NCBI GenBank assembly: GCA_963666275.2
Contig: CAXXOA010000002.1
Coordinates: 608,001 to 672,000, forward strand
Length of the DNA: 64,000 nt
Direction of reading: 5' to 3'
From: Oceanispirochaeta sp.
Lineage (GTDB): Bacteria; Spirochaetota; Spirochaetia; DSM-2461
Shown: piece by piece, positions 48,817-59,309 of the stretch
Layout: each line of letters begins with the position of its first letter
Numbering within the stretch: position 1 is the first letter of the stretch
Made by a program: the position numbers and the translations under genes
The notes under the pieces: generated by a model
Seen by the model: the letters and a program-made list of their open reading frames with translations, nothing else
Databases searched by the model: none
Told to the model about the DNA's origin: nothing

Positions 48817-50541
48817 ATGATTAAACACTTTCAGAACATATACGCCATGTCGGAAGAGGGGGCCAGAGATTTCGGAAAATCTATTTTCTGGACGACTCTT
48901 CTCTACCTCAGCTTTATGCTTCCTCCGGTTCTGGGATTCAAATTCCTGGATGAATACCTGGTTTCGGGGAATCCTGCAGGCAGGGTGCAACCATATCTGA
49001 TACTGACGGCAATCTTCTTCGCGATTATGTTCGTTCTGGCCTATATCCAGTACGATTCCACCTATACCCGGATCTACGGAGAAAGCGCCAGGCAGAGGCT
49101 CAATCTGGCGGAGACCCTGAGGAAGCTGCCCCTGGCATTTTTCGGGAAGAAGGACATTTCCGACCTGAGCGCCACCATAATGGAGGACGCCACGGCAGTG
49201 GAACAGATTTTTTCCCACACCATTCCCCAGCTTTACGCCTCTGTGATCATTGTTTGTCTTTTTGCGGTGATGCTTTTCATCTATAACTGGATAATGTCCA
49301 TAGCCCTTTTTTGGGTGGTGCCCGTGGCGGCACTGGTCTTTTTCCTCTCCAGAAAATTCCAGGGGAGAACCCAGAAAAGGCTGTACGATCAGAACAGGAA
49401 TATCTCAGAGAGCGTTCAGGAAGAACTGGACCTTATTCATGAGATCAAGTCCTATAACCGGGAAGAGGCCTTTGCAGAACGGCTGAACGGAAATCTGGAC
49501 AGGTATGAGAAAACCCTGATGACTCAGGAATTGCTTATAGGTGTCAATATTAACCTTTCCTATATGATACTGAAATTGGGCCTCCCTACGGTGATTCTTA
49601 CCGGGGCATTTCTGCTATACAGAGGAACGGCGGATTTTTCAGTATTTACCTATTTGGCCTTTCTCGTAGTGGCTTCCCGTATTTATGCGCCTATGATGCA
49701 GTGTTTTGATGATTTTGCGTCCCTGATCATGCTTAATGTGCGTATTAACAGAATGAAGGAGATGGAGGCCATGCCCCGTCAGACGGGGACAACAGTGTTC
49801 GAGCCGCAAAACTACGATATCTGTTTTAATAATGTGGATTTTTCCTACCGCGGCGACGTGCAGACCTTGAAAAATGTCAGCTTTACCGCAAAGCAGGGGG
49901 AGGTCACCGCCCTGGTCGGTCCCTCGGGAGGCGGGAAGAGTACGGTGGCCAAGCTGTCTGCCCGGTTCTGGGATGTGGACGGGGGCAGGGTGACCCTGGG
50001 AGGAGAGGATATTTCCCTGGTAGATCCGGAAACTCTGCTGGAGAACTTTTCCATTGTATTTCAGGATGTGACCCTGTTCAATTCCTCGGTGATGGACAAT
50101 ATCCGTTTGGGACGGAAGGACGCCAGCGATGAAGAAGTTCTGGAAGCAGCGCGCCTGGCTCAGTGCGAGGAATTCGCCTCGAAGCTGCATGACGGGTACG
50201 ACACGCTGATCGGTGAGAACGGGGAAAGGCTGTCCGGTGGTGAGCGACAGAGGATATCCATTGCCCGGGCCATTCTTAAGAACGCTCCCATCATCCTTTT
50301 GGATGAGGCCACAGCTTCTCTGGATGCGGAAAATGAAAGTAAGATCCAGCAGGCACTGAGCGAGCTGACCCGGGGTAAAACGGTCCTGATTATCGCACAC
50401 CGGATGAGAACAGTAGCCCATGCGGACAACATCGTGGTTCTCAAGGAAGGCCAGATCGTCGAAACAGGCACTCCCGAAGATTTGGCAGTGCAAAACGGAA
50501 TTTTCGCATCCATGATGGAGAGACAGAATTCGGAGGTCTGA
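48817..50541 (+). CDS. ABC transporter TM+ATPase subunit (IrtB/YbtQ-like)
   Basis: LRKLPLAFF, GPSGGGKS, LSGGERQR, LDEATASLD.ENE. Confidence 0.9.
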   Translation: MIKHFQNIYAMSEEGARDFGKSIFWTTLLYLSFMLPPVLGFKFLDEYLVSGNPAGRVQPYLILTAIFFAIMFVLAYIQYDSTYTRIYGESARQRLNLAETLRKLPLAFFGKKDISDLSATIMEDATAVEQIFSHTIPQLYASVIIVCLFAVMLFIYNWIMSIALFWVVPVAALVFFLSRKFQGRTQKRLYDQNRNISESVQEELDLIHEIKSYNREEAFAERLNGNLDRYEKTLMTQELLIGVNINLSYMILKLGLPTVILTGAFLLYRGTADFSVFTYLAFLVVASRIYAPMMQCFDDFASLIMLNVRINRMKEMEAMPRQTGTTVFEPQNYDICFNNVDFSYRGDVQTLKNVSFTAKQGEVTALVGPSGGGKSTVAKLSARFWDVDGGRVTLGGEDISLVDPETLLENFSIVFQDVTLFNSSVMDNIRLGRKDASDEEVLEAARLAQCEEFASKLHDGYDTLIGENGERLSGGERQRISIARAILKNAPIILLDEATASLDAENESKIQQALSELTRGKTVLIIAHRMRTVAHADNIVVLKEGQIVETGTPEDLAVQNGIFASMMERQNSEV

Positions 50542-50611
50542 GAGAAAAAGAAAAAATCGGGAAGGCTGACCAGGGCAAGACCGTCACACTTCCAGAATCA
50601 GTCGAAATGCA

Positions 50612-50745
50612 ATGCTCACGGGAGACACAGGAAAGGAGGTCTCCAAGGTCGAGAAGGAGCTGCAGGACGAGAAGGACACGGTGTTAATGGTGAGGGACGG
50701 TGTGAATGATGCACCGGCCCTGGCCTCCGCCGATATGGGGAACGT
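50612..50745 (+). pseudogene. P1B-type ATPase fragment
   Basis: MLTGD..K..LQ..MVRDGVNDAPALASADMG; rest of the gene absent. Confidence 0.7.
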
Positions 50746-50975
50746 CCATTCCGGTAACCCTGAACGGTATGTGTGTAATGTGCTTTTTGAGATTAGCCGC
50801 CCTGTACTGCCCCCTCCGCTAGGGGGCAGCCCGTTCTATAGCTTTTTTATATCGGGACGAAAATTTAAACACTGCTTCGGTAATAATGGTGATGGAGGCC
50901 GCCTATAAGAGGTCTCTTCTTGATGCTCCCAGATTTTGCATAATTCGTAAGCGCTAATATCTCGGCATTAGAAAA

Positions 50976-52541
50976 TTAGTTGATAATGTTCCAGGGAAGA
51001 AGCTGCTCCAGAGCCTTACGATCAGTTGAATCAATCCTTGGCAATTTCTCGAAAAGCTGAAAGAGATAATTCTGCGGCTCAATATTATTTGCCTTCGCCG
51101 TTTCACACAGACTGTATATAGCAGCACTCGCATGGGCACCCTTCGGGGAGTCATAGAACATCCAGTTCTTCCGACCGACAACAAAGGGTCTTATGGCATT
51201 CTCTGCGATATTGTTATCCGGTGTAGTCACTGCATACTTCATGTAGCGGACAAGCTTTTTATATTCATTCCGAGTATATGAGACTGCTTCTCCCAGCTTC
51301 GTCTTCGGCGGAACCGTTGTAGACATCTCTTTCAGCCACTTTTGGAAGTCCTTCCATATAGGAACGACCTGTTTACGGCGGGTTTCGATGAAAGACCGCT
51401 GATCAAAATCTTTTTCCCGCAGTTCTTTCTCGACCTTGTAGATTTTCTGAATGAGTTTCAGTGCTGTATTGGCCTTACCGCCACTCTTTGTCGCCTTGGC
51501 TGCTTCATAGAATTTTCTTCTGGCATGAGCCAGGCATCCCACATGATCAAGTTCGTATTCTTTTGCAGCCTTGTAGTACCCGGCGTATCCATCAGTTTGG
51601 AGAATACCGGAGAATCCTTTCAGTAAGGAGAGAGCTACCTCTTCTTTTCTTGTCTGAGAGTAGTTAAACAGGACTATCTTTCGGTCCTCATTAGAACCGA
51701 CGGTAATCCACATATAGGATTTGTTCTCCGGTTTTCGTCCCGGTTCCTTCAAAACCTGGACCGTGGTTTCATCCATATTGATCAACGGTCCTTCCCTGCT
51801 GAGTTCTCTCATCAATTCAATTAGAGGTTCGCACTTCTGTGCGGCTTTAATAGACCAGTTCGCCATATTTGTGCGGCTGATATCCAGTCCTACCCGTTTA
51901 AAAATCCTTTCCATTCGATTAAACGGCAGAGAATCACCGAATTTGCTGACAAGGATATAACTCAGGATACCAGATGAAGCGATGCTTCCTGGCATAATAC
52001 GGGGCGGAGCCTTGGATCTGAGAATAGTAGGGAGATCTTCATCTTTTTGAAAATCATCACATGTACAGGGACCGTACTTAAGCTTGATATGTTTTTTGAC
52101 TATGACTTTGGCAGGAATGAACTGAAGCTCTTCTGATTCATCTTGTCCGATCAGGGGTCTCTTGGAATGGCAATGGCGACAGATCTTTTCTTCTTCAGGT
52201 AAATCGTGGATGATCTCTTCCCGTGGGATGCTCTCCGGGATGGGTTTTCTACCGACATTTTTCCCATTGCTGGTTTTCTTTACAGGTTCTTCTGCCACCT
52301 GGTCTGAAGACTCATCAGTAATCTGTTCAATCTCATTGAACAGATCCATTTGCTTCTTATCTTCTTCCGTCCATTTCTCGCTCTTACGGGCATATTTCAG
52401 CCCTTTGATAAAAAGGATTTCCTCTTTCAGACTTTCAATAAGAGCATCCTGCTTTTCCTGTTTTTCCTGCATATCCAGGATGAGTTGCTTCAACTGATCG
52501 ATATCATCAGGTAGTGATGATCTATCCCTCTCAGATGCCAT
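50976..52541 (-). CDS. tnpC: IS66 transposase (divergent type)
   Basis: NMDET, LQTDGY, CLAHARRKF, DNNIAENAIRP. Confidence 0.95.
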   Translation of the reverse strand: MASERDRSSLPDDIDQLKQLILDMQEKQEKQDALIESLKEEILFIKGLKYARKSEKWTEEDKKQMDLFNEIEQITDESSDQVAEEPVKKTSNGKNVGRKPIPESIPREEIIHDLPEEEKICRHCHSKRPLIGQDESEELQFIPAKVIVKKHIKLKYGPCTCDDFQKDEDLPTILRSKAPPRIMPGSIASSGILSYILVSKFGDSLPFNRMERIFKRVGLDISRTNMANWSIKAAQKCEPLIELMRELSREGPLINMDETTVQVLKEPGRKPENKSYMWITVGSNEDRKIVLFNYSQTRKEEVALSLLKGFSGILQTDGYAGYYKAAKEYELDHVGCLAHARRKFYEAAKATKSGGKANTALKLIQKIYKVEKELREKDFDQRSFIETRRKQVVPIWKDFQKWLKEMSTTVPPKTKLGEAVSYTRNEYKKLVRYMKYAVTTPDNNIAENAIRPFVVGRKNWMFYDSPKGAHASAAIYSLCETAKANNIEPQNYLFQLFEKLPRIDSTDRKALEQLLPWNIIN

Positions 52542-52585
52542 GAAGAGGATTATAACAGGAGTCCGGTTAAATTAATAGTAGAACT

Positions 52586-52933
52586 TCAAGAAACGGTTTT
52601 ATATCCCAGAGACTTATGAGCCTTCCAGAAATCAATACCGTCGAGCAGCATATGGAACTGGTCGTAAGTTATTTCTCCGGCGGCATTTTCATCTGCAGGC
52701 CAGGGGAAATGATCCTTTTCCAGCCTCTTCAGCCAGAGACAGAATCCATTCCGGTCCCAGTAGAGAATCTTTAAAAGCTTTCGTTGCTTATTGCAGAAGA
52801 GAAACAGTGACCCGGAAAAAGGGTTCCGCTTCAAGTCTTCCTCGACCAGGATGGACAGCCCGTTGATTTGCTTTCTCATATCTGTATAACCAGGGCTGAT
52901 GTATATGTTTAAATCACTGAAGTCTACAATCAT
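52586..52933 (-). CDS. tnpB: IS66 accessory protein
   Basis: TDMRKQINGL, LYWDRNGFCLWLKRLE. Confidence 0.95.
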   Translation of the reverse strand: MIVDFSDLNIYISPGYTDMRKQINGLSILVEEDLKRNPFSGSLFLFCNKQRKLLKILYWDRNGFCLWLKRLEKDHFPWPADENAAGEITYDQFHMLLDGIDFWKAHKSLGYKTVS

Positions 52934-53226
52934 GCTATGGTCCTCAATGATTTAACGATTCGAATCAGGTGGGATTCATCGAAGTACTGTGGAACAAGAA
53001 TCCGGGAGGGGCCGACAAGAACCTCAATCATTGAGCTCTTTTTCTCTTCCTTCTTCAGGTTAAGCTTAACAAGTCCGTTTTCTGAAGCCTTCATAGGAGT
53101 CTTGAACCTTCCTTTCCAATCACGGAACGTCCAGTAACTCAGATTCTCATCCCTGCAGAACTCAGCCATGGACTTTCCGCTGGCCTGCCATCTATCGATC
53201 ATCTCTTTCCAGTATTCTCGGGTCAT
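52930..53226 (-). CDS. tnpA: IS66 accessory HTH protein
   Basis: MTREYWKEMIDRWQASGKSMAEFC; GGAGG RBS. Confidence 0.88.
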   Translation of the reverse strand: MTREYWKEMIDRWQASGKSMAEFCRDENLSYWTFRDWKGRFKTPMKASENGLVKLNLKKEEKKSSMIEVLVGPSRILVPQYFDESHLIRIVKSLRTIA

Positions 53227-53269
53227 TTGAAACCTCCACTCTGGAAAAGATATTGTGAATGGAGTGGAT

Positions 53270-55603
53270 GTAAGCGTCAAATAAACCGCATCTAAAAATC
53301 TCCAAGTCATCCCGGTACAATCTCCATCAGGAGAATTACTATGAAACAATACACAATGGATCAGCGCTACGCTCTTTTGGCAGAGTGGAAACAGTCCGGA
53401 AAATCTGTAAGTCAGTTCTGCCGGGATAAAAAACTGAAAACAACGACTTTCCACGGATGGCAAAAGCGGTATGACCGTAAAACTCCATCCTTGGTTGAAG
53501 TTCCTGTTAAATTGCCCAAGGAAACAGTCAAAGGCTCATCCATTGAGTTACAATGGAATGCCTACCGGATAAAACTGGATCGGAACTTTGATACAATCAC
53601 ATTGAAAAAACTGCTTCAGACCCTGGTACAGTGCAATGATTAAGGATTTCTCTCAAATCAAGATATTTATCCGACCCGGTGTTACCGATATGCGGAAAGC
53701 TATTAATGGTTTGGCGGTAGAAGTTCAGGATGAAATGTCTCTTGATCCTTTTTGCGGCTCTCTTTTTATGTTCTGTAATAAACAGAGACGGATTCTGAAA
53801 GCCCTTTACTGGGATCAGACAGGCTTCTGCCTCTGGCAGAAGCGTCTGGAGAAGCACCGCTTCCCCTGGCCAGATACGGAAGAAGCTGCTAAAGCCATCA
53901 GCTTTGAAGAACTCTCTATGCTTCTGAAGGGTATAGACTTCTGGAAAGCCCACGAAACATTGAAATATTCAGAAATTGCCTGAAAGGAATTTACTCAAAT
54001 TCCAGTCTTTGTTAAAATTCTCTTATGGATATTTCCTCTCTTCCGTTGGAAGCACAAAAAGAATTTTTATCTCTGAAAAAGCAACTTGCTGAATCAGAAG
54101 CCCAGAATCAGAACTGGGAAAAGAAATATCAGCTTCTTGAAGAGAAGTTGGCCTTGGCATTGCATCGTCAATTCGGTCGAAGAGCAGAAAATATCCCTGA
54201 TCAGATTGAATTATTTGATTCTGATGAACCACAGACTCCTGAGGAAGACTGTTCGGAAGAACAGCAAATAGATTCTTACAAGCGTAAGAAAACAGGCAGA
54301 AAGCCTCTGGATGAGAACCTTCCCCGCAAAGAACGGATTATTGATATTCCTGAAGATGAAAAAAACTGTGCCTGCGGAACAGAACTGAAAAAAATCGGAG
54401 AAGAAATCTCTGAGAAACTGCATGTGATCCCTCCCCGTATCTGGGTAGAACGGATTGTCCGGTTAAAATATGCCTGTGGTAATTGCGAAGGAACCGCCGA
54501 TGAAGATGTTCCTGCTGTAAAGATTGCCCCTCCGGAGCCTTCCATCATCCCCAAAGGGATTGTCACTCCCGGTCTGTTGGCATTTCTGATGGTAAACAAG
54601 TACGTGGACCATCTTCCTTTTTACCGACAGGAAAAGCGGTTTGAGCGTATGGGAGCCCGAATCAGCCGTCAGAATATGAGTAATTGGCAGAAAAAGGCTT
54701 ATGAAGCTCTTCTCCCTCTCTTTGAACTGCTGAAAACCCACATAAAATCCGGTCCGGTGATCCAAATGGATGAAACAACCGTACAGGTTCTGAATGAACC
54801 AGGTCGGGATAACAAACAGAAATCCTATATGTGGCTGTCCAGAGGCGGTCCTCCGGGACAACAAGCTGTTTATTATGAGTACCATCCAACACGGGCATCG
54901 GAATATGCAAAGAATTTTCTCACTAGTTTTAAAGGGTATCTGCAAACCGATGGATATCAAGGATACAAAACCGCGGTAGAAGGCAATCCCGATATACATC
55001 TGGTAGGCTGCTTTGCACATGCCAGAAGGAAGTTCTTTGAGGCTGATAAAGCCAGTAAAAAATCTAAAAGTGCTCTGGAAGGAATCAAGCATATCAAGAA
55101 GCTCTATGCCTTGGAAAATGATCTAAGGAGTAAGAAATTATCTCCTGAAGAGTTCCAGGAACAACGGAAAAGCAAGGCCGAACCCATTCTTGAAAAATTT
55201 AAACAATGGTTGGATAAAAGGGCTGAAAATGTTTTACCTGAAAGTGCTTTAGGTAAGGCTGTTCATTATGCATTGAATCAATGGGATTATTTGATCCGAT
55301 ATCTGGAAAGTCCTTATCTGACTCCGGATAATAATGGCAGTGAAAATGCTATTCGTCCTTTTGTTCTGGGGAGGAAAAACTGGCTATTTTCCGGGAATCC
55401 CAAAGGGGCAGACAGTTCCTGCGGGATGTATTCTCTGATTGAGACTGCAAAACAAAATAATTTGAATCCCTTTGATTATCTGCATTATGTTTTCTCTAAA
55501 GCTCCGTTCATCAATAATGAACAAGAATGGGAAGAATTATTACCATGGAATTTAAAAGATAACATTACGGCTGATAAAGGGCCTGTGTTTATTTGACGCT
55601 TAC
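53270..55603 (+). mobile_element. IS66-family element, copy 3 (tnpA 53341-53643, tnpB 53636-53983, tnpC 54025-55596)
   Basis: gtaagcgtcaaataaac IRs; ORFs near-identical to copies 1 and 2; no target duplication. Confidence 0.95.
54025..55596 (+). CDS. tnpC: IS66 transposase
   Basis: Same motifs as other copies. Confidence 0.95.
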   Translation: MDISSLPLEAQKEFLSLKKQLAESEAQNQNWEKKYQLLEEKLALALHRQFGRRAENIPDQIELFDSDEPQTPEEDCSEEQQIDSYKRKKTGRKPLDENLPRKERIIDIPEDEKNCACGTELKKIGEEISEKLHVIPPRIWVERIVRLKYACGNCEGTADEDVPAVKIAPPEPSIIPKGIVTPGLLAFLMVNKYVDHLPFYRQEKRFERMGARISRQNMSNWQKKAYEALLPLFELLKTHIKSGPVIQMDETTVQVLNEPGRDNKQKSYMWLSRGGPPGQQAVYYEYHPTRASEYAKNFLTSFKGYLQTDGYQGYKTAVEGNPDIHLVGCFAHARRKFFEADKASKKSKSALEGIKHIKKLYALENDLRSKKLSPEEFQEQRKSKAEPILEKFKQWLDKRAENVLPESALGKAVHYALNQWDYLIRYLESPYLTPDNNGSENAIRPFVLGRKNWLFSGNPKGADSSCGMYSLIETAKQNNLNPFDYLHYVFSKAPFINNEQEWEELLPWNLKDNITADKGPVFI

Positions 55604-55616
55604 GAGTAAAAAGGGA

Positions 55617-57949
55617 GTAAGCGTCAAATAAACCGCATCTAATAATTTTGAAGACCTCCCAGTACAATCTCACAAGGAGGTCTTCCTTGAAACAATATAA
55701 AATGGATCAGCGCCATGCTCTTCTGGCAGAATGGGAACTGTCTGGCAAATCAGTAAATCAATTCTGCCGGGATAAAAACCTGAAAGCAACAACATTCCAC
55801 GGATGGAGGAAGCGATACAAACGGAAACCTCAACCTTTGGTTGAAATTCCTGTAAAACTGCCCAGGGAAACATCCATAGGCTCATCCATTGAATTGCAAT
55901 GGAAATCCTACCGGATAAAACTGGACCGGGATTTTGATACAATCACATTAAAGAAACTGCTTCAGACCCTGGAAGAGTGCAATGATTAAGGATTTCTCCC
56001 AGGTCAAAATATTTATCCGCCCCGGTGTTACGGATATGCGGAAAGCCATAAACGGTTTGGCTGTAGAAGTTCAGGATGAAATGTCTCTTGATCCCTTTTG
56101 CGGCTCTCTCTTCATGTTCTGTAATAAACAGAGACGGATTCTGAAGGCCCTCTATTGGGACCAGACAGGGTTCTGCCTCTGGCAGAAACGTCTAGAGAAG
56201 CACCGTTTTCCCTGGCCGGATACGGAAGAAGCTGCTAAAGCCATCAGCTTTGAAGAACTCTCTATGCTTTTGAAGGGTATAGATTTCTGGAGGGCTCATA
56301 AATCATTGAAATATTCAGAAATTGCCTGAAAGGAATTTACTCAAATTCCAGACTTTGCTAAAATTCTTTTATGGATATTGCCTCTCTTCCTTTGGAAGCA
56401 CAAAGAGAATTCCTTTTGCTGAAACAGCAACTCGCTGAATCAAAAGCCCAGAACCAGAACTGGGAAAAGAAGTATCAGCTTCTTGAAGAGAAACTGGCTT
56501 TGGCCCTGCATCGGCAATTTGGCAGAAGAGCAGAAAATATTCCTGATCAGATTGAATTGTTTGATACTGAAGAATCTGTGACTCCAGAGGAAGACAGTTC
56601 AGAAGAACAGGAAATATCCACCTACAAACGTAAAAAAACAGGCAGAAAGCCTCTGGATGAGAACCTTCCCCGTAAAGAACGGATTATTGATATTTCTGAA
56701 GATGAGAAAATCTGTGCCTGCGGTATGGAACTGAAGAAGATCGGAGAAGAAATCTCTGAGAAACTGCATGTGATCCCTCCCCGTATCTGGGTAGAGCGGA
56801 TTATCCGGTTTAAATATGCCTGTGGTAATTGTGAAGGAACCGCCGATGAAGATGTTCCTGCTGTAAAGATTGCCCCTCCGGAGCCTTCCATCATCCCCAA
56901 AGGGATTGTCACTCCCGGTCTGTTGGCATTTCTGATGATAAACAAGTACGTGGACCATCTTCCTTTTTACCGACAGGAAAAACGGTTTGAGCGTATGGGA
57001 GCCCGGATTAGCCGTCAGAATATGAGTAATTGGCAGAAAAAGGCTTACGAAGCCCTTCTCCCTCTCTTTGAACTGCTGAAAACACACATAAAATCCGGTC
57101 CAGTGCTCCAAATGGATGAAACAACCGTCCAGGTTCTGAATGAACCAGGTCGGGATAACAAACAAAAATCCTATATGTGGCTGGCCAGAGGCGGTCCTCC
57201 GGGACAACAAGCTGTTTATTATGAGTACCATCCGACACGGGCATCGGAATATGCGAAGAATTTTCTCACTGGTTTTAAAGGGTATCTGCAAACCGATGGA
57301 TATCAAGGATACAAAACCGCGGTAGAAGGCAATCCCGATATACATCTGGTAGGCTGCTTTGCTCATGCCAGAAGGAAGTTCATTGAGGCTGATAAAGCCA
57401 GTAAGAAATCTAAAAGTGCTCTGGAAGGAATCAAACATATCAAGAAGCTCTATGCCTTGGAAAATGATCTAAGGAGTAGGAAATTGTCTCCTGAAGATTT
57501 CCTGGAACAACGGAAAAGCAAGGCTGAACCCATTCTTGATGCATTTAAACAGTGGTTGGATAAAAGGGCTGAAAATGTTTTACCGGAAAGTGCTTTGGGA
57601 AAAGCGGTTCACTATGCATTGAATCAATGGGATTATTTGATTCGATATCTGGAAAGCCCCTATCTGACTCCGGATAATAATGCCAGTGAAAATGCTATTC
57701 GTCCTTTTGTTCTGGGGAGGAAAAACTGGCTATTTTCCGGGAATCCCAAAGGGGCAGACAGTTCCTGCGGGATGTATTCTCTGATTGAGACTGCAAAACA
57801 AAATAATTTGAATCCCTTTGATTATCTGCATTATGTTTTCTCTAAAGCTCCGCTCATCAATAATGAACAAGAATGGGAAGAATTATTACCATGGAATTTA
57901 AAAGATAACATTACGGCTGATAAAGGGCCTGTGTTTATTTGACGCTTAC
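55617..57949 (+). mobile_element. IS66-family element, copy 4, variant (tnpA ending 55989, tnpB 55982-56329, tnpC 56371-57942)
   Basis: IRs gtaagcgtcaaataaac; starts 13 bp after copy 3. Confidence 0.95.
56371..57942 (+). CDS. tnpC: IS66 transposase
   Basis: Same motifs as other copies. Confidence 0.95.
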   Translation: MDIASLPLEAQREFLLLKQQLAESKAQNQNWEKKYQLLEEKLALALHRQFGRRAENIPDQIELFDTEESVTPEEDSSEEQEISTYKRKKTGRKPLDENLPRKERIIDISEDEKICACGMELKKIGEEISEKLHVIPPRIWVERIIRFKYACGNCEGTADEDVPAVKIAPPEPSIIPKGIVTPGLLAFLMINKYVDHLPFYRQEKRFERMGARISRQNMSNWQKKAYEALLPLFELLKTHIKSGPVLQMDETTVQVLNEPGRDNKQKSYMWLARGGPPGQQAVYYEYHPTRASEYAKNFLTGFKGYLQTDGYQGYKTAVEGNPDIHLVGCFAHARRKFIEADKASKKSKSALEGIKHIKKLYALENDLRSRKLSPEDFLEQRKSKAEPILDAFKQWLDKRAENVLPESALGKAVHYALNQWDYLIRYLESPYLTPDNNASENAIRPFVLGRKNWLFSGNPKGADSSCGMYSLIETAKQNNLNPFDYLHYVFSKAPLINNEQEWEELLPWNLKDNITADKGPVFI

Positions 57950-58246
57950 GAAGAGTCCTTTCATAATGCCCCGAACGATATCCCTGTCGTTCCGAGTTCC
58001 GTTCATGCTTCTGAGCATTACATAACTGATCAGCTTCTGCTTCTAGCATTGCATTCAATGTCTCTTCTACCGTTTGCCTTACGAAATTCCCGAGATGGTC
58101 TTTGACTTTATCCTCGTTTAGTTCGATAATATTACCATTCATACAGTCCTCCTTCTGACACGTTTTTTGTGGTTATTAAACAATCGTCAGTTTGAGGACT
58201 TATTTATTATTCATTTTTGAAATTGCGAAAGAAATTATACGTTATC
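57950..58246 (-). mobile_element. IS256-family remnant (left end plus transposase N-terminus from 58142), cut by IS66
   Basis: VRQTVEETLNAMLEAEADQLCNA.KHER..R.GYRSGHY.R.L; terminal ttgcgaaagaaattatacgttatc. Confidence 0.8.
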
Positions 58247-58313
58247 TGGATACCTCTAACGTACAGCCAACTGTCTGGTAAATATCATCACTGTACAATA
58301 TTCGATTAAGTAC

Positions 58314-59309
58314 TTATGAAGATATTAATCTATCGTATACTAATGGATAAATATCCTTAATACTATCAAATGAAGCTTTTTTTATTTCATAATCAATAAG
58401 AACTTCATTAATTATGGGAACATATATATAACCATTATTTAGCTCTACATTAAGCTGTTTAAGATATGGTTCATAACCAAAGCACTGATTAATTAATCTT
58501 AAAACTGTTGTTCTTATGATGGTTTCAATAAATACTTGTTGCCAATTTTTATAAAAATTCGTATCAAGCGTGTTCATAATTTTATTTTTAATTGATCTGC
58601 TATTGAATTTTTTGTAATCAACAAAAATATCATTAAAAATGGAATGAGCAAATTCATGCCATATGTAATATATTATATGCTTTTTATTACCAAAAGAAAT
58701 GCGATTATTATCATCTATAAATCCGATAATAGCCATTGGACTATCATGATAGCGACCACCATAATTACAAAAATCAAACGAGTTTAAAAATAAATAGTAA
58801 TTTGAGAAAGAAACTTGATTATATTTTTCAAAGTGATCAATATGTAAATCAAGATCATAATCTAAAATATTATATAGATGTTGATCATAATAATTTTTAT
58901 TATCAATAAAATAACAATTGAAACCTGTTTTTTCATAGAAGTCATCAATTAATGAAAATAATTTTTTTATATTCCTAATCCCATTTGCTCTATACACTAT
59001 TTCTTCTGGAATATCTTTATAACTAACTCTATTTCTATTGTATTGTAAAAATAATCTTGGTAAACAATCGTATGCAAATTTTTTATTTCTAGTCATCTTC
59101 CTAAAAAAAGTTACTAATGGATCATTACTAAAATCATTATAATGAGTTATCGTTTTCTGCAAAAAAATATTATTTTTAAAATATGTATTATACTCATCCC
59201 CGAAAATATTTGACCAATAACCCGAGATGTACTGCAATATCCCCAACAATTCAAGATTCGCTGAAAAAGAACTAGTTAATTTCATTTGTTTCCCTAATAA
59301 TTTATCCAT
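58314..59309 (-). CDS. Very AT-rich HExxH (HEFAH) protein, DUF4932-like putative metallopeptidase
   Basis: NLELLGI, DFY..T.F..YF, HEFAHS..N, E.IIR. Confidence 0.6.
   Translation of the reverse strand: MDKLLGKQMKLTSSFSANLELLGILQYISGYWSNIFGDEYNTYFKNNIFLQKTITHYNDFSNDPLVTFFRKMTRNKKFAYDCLPRLFLQYNRNRVSYKDIPEEIVYRANGIRNIKKLFSLIDDFYEKTGFNCYFIDNKNYYDQHLYNILDYDLDLHIDHFEKYNQVSFSNYYLFLNSFDFCNYGGRYHDSPMAIIGFIDDNNRISFGNKKHIIYYIWHEFAHSIFNDIFVDYKKFNSRSIKNKIMNTLDTNFYKNWQQVFIETIIRTTVLRLINQCFGYEPYLKQLNVELNNGYIYVPIINEVLIDYEIKKASFDSIKDIYPLVYDRLISS

Larger units (their letters stand above)
50947..53269 (-). mobile_element. Second IS66-family species, left end lost at an IS66 insertion
   Basis: gtaagcgc end at 50947; tnpA-tnpB-tnpC divergent from the other copies; no left IR before 53270. 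Confidence 0.9.

Noticed and set aside
50934..50946. Half dif-like site (ttttgcataa) cut by IS66
   Set aside because: Only one short arm remains and could be chance in AT-rich DNA
52930..53463. 177-aa TnpA
   Set aside because: The N-terminal 79 aa read through the neighbouring IS66 end; the real start is 53226
24154..57949. Composite transposon or inversion bounded by IS66 copies 2, 3 or 4
   Set aside because: No pair of 8-bp flanks matches directly or as reverse complement
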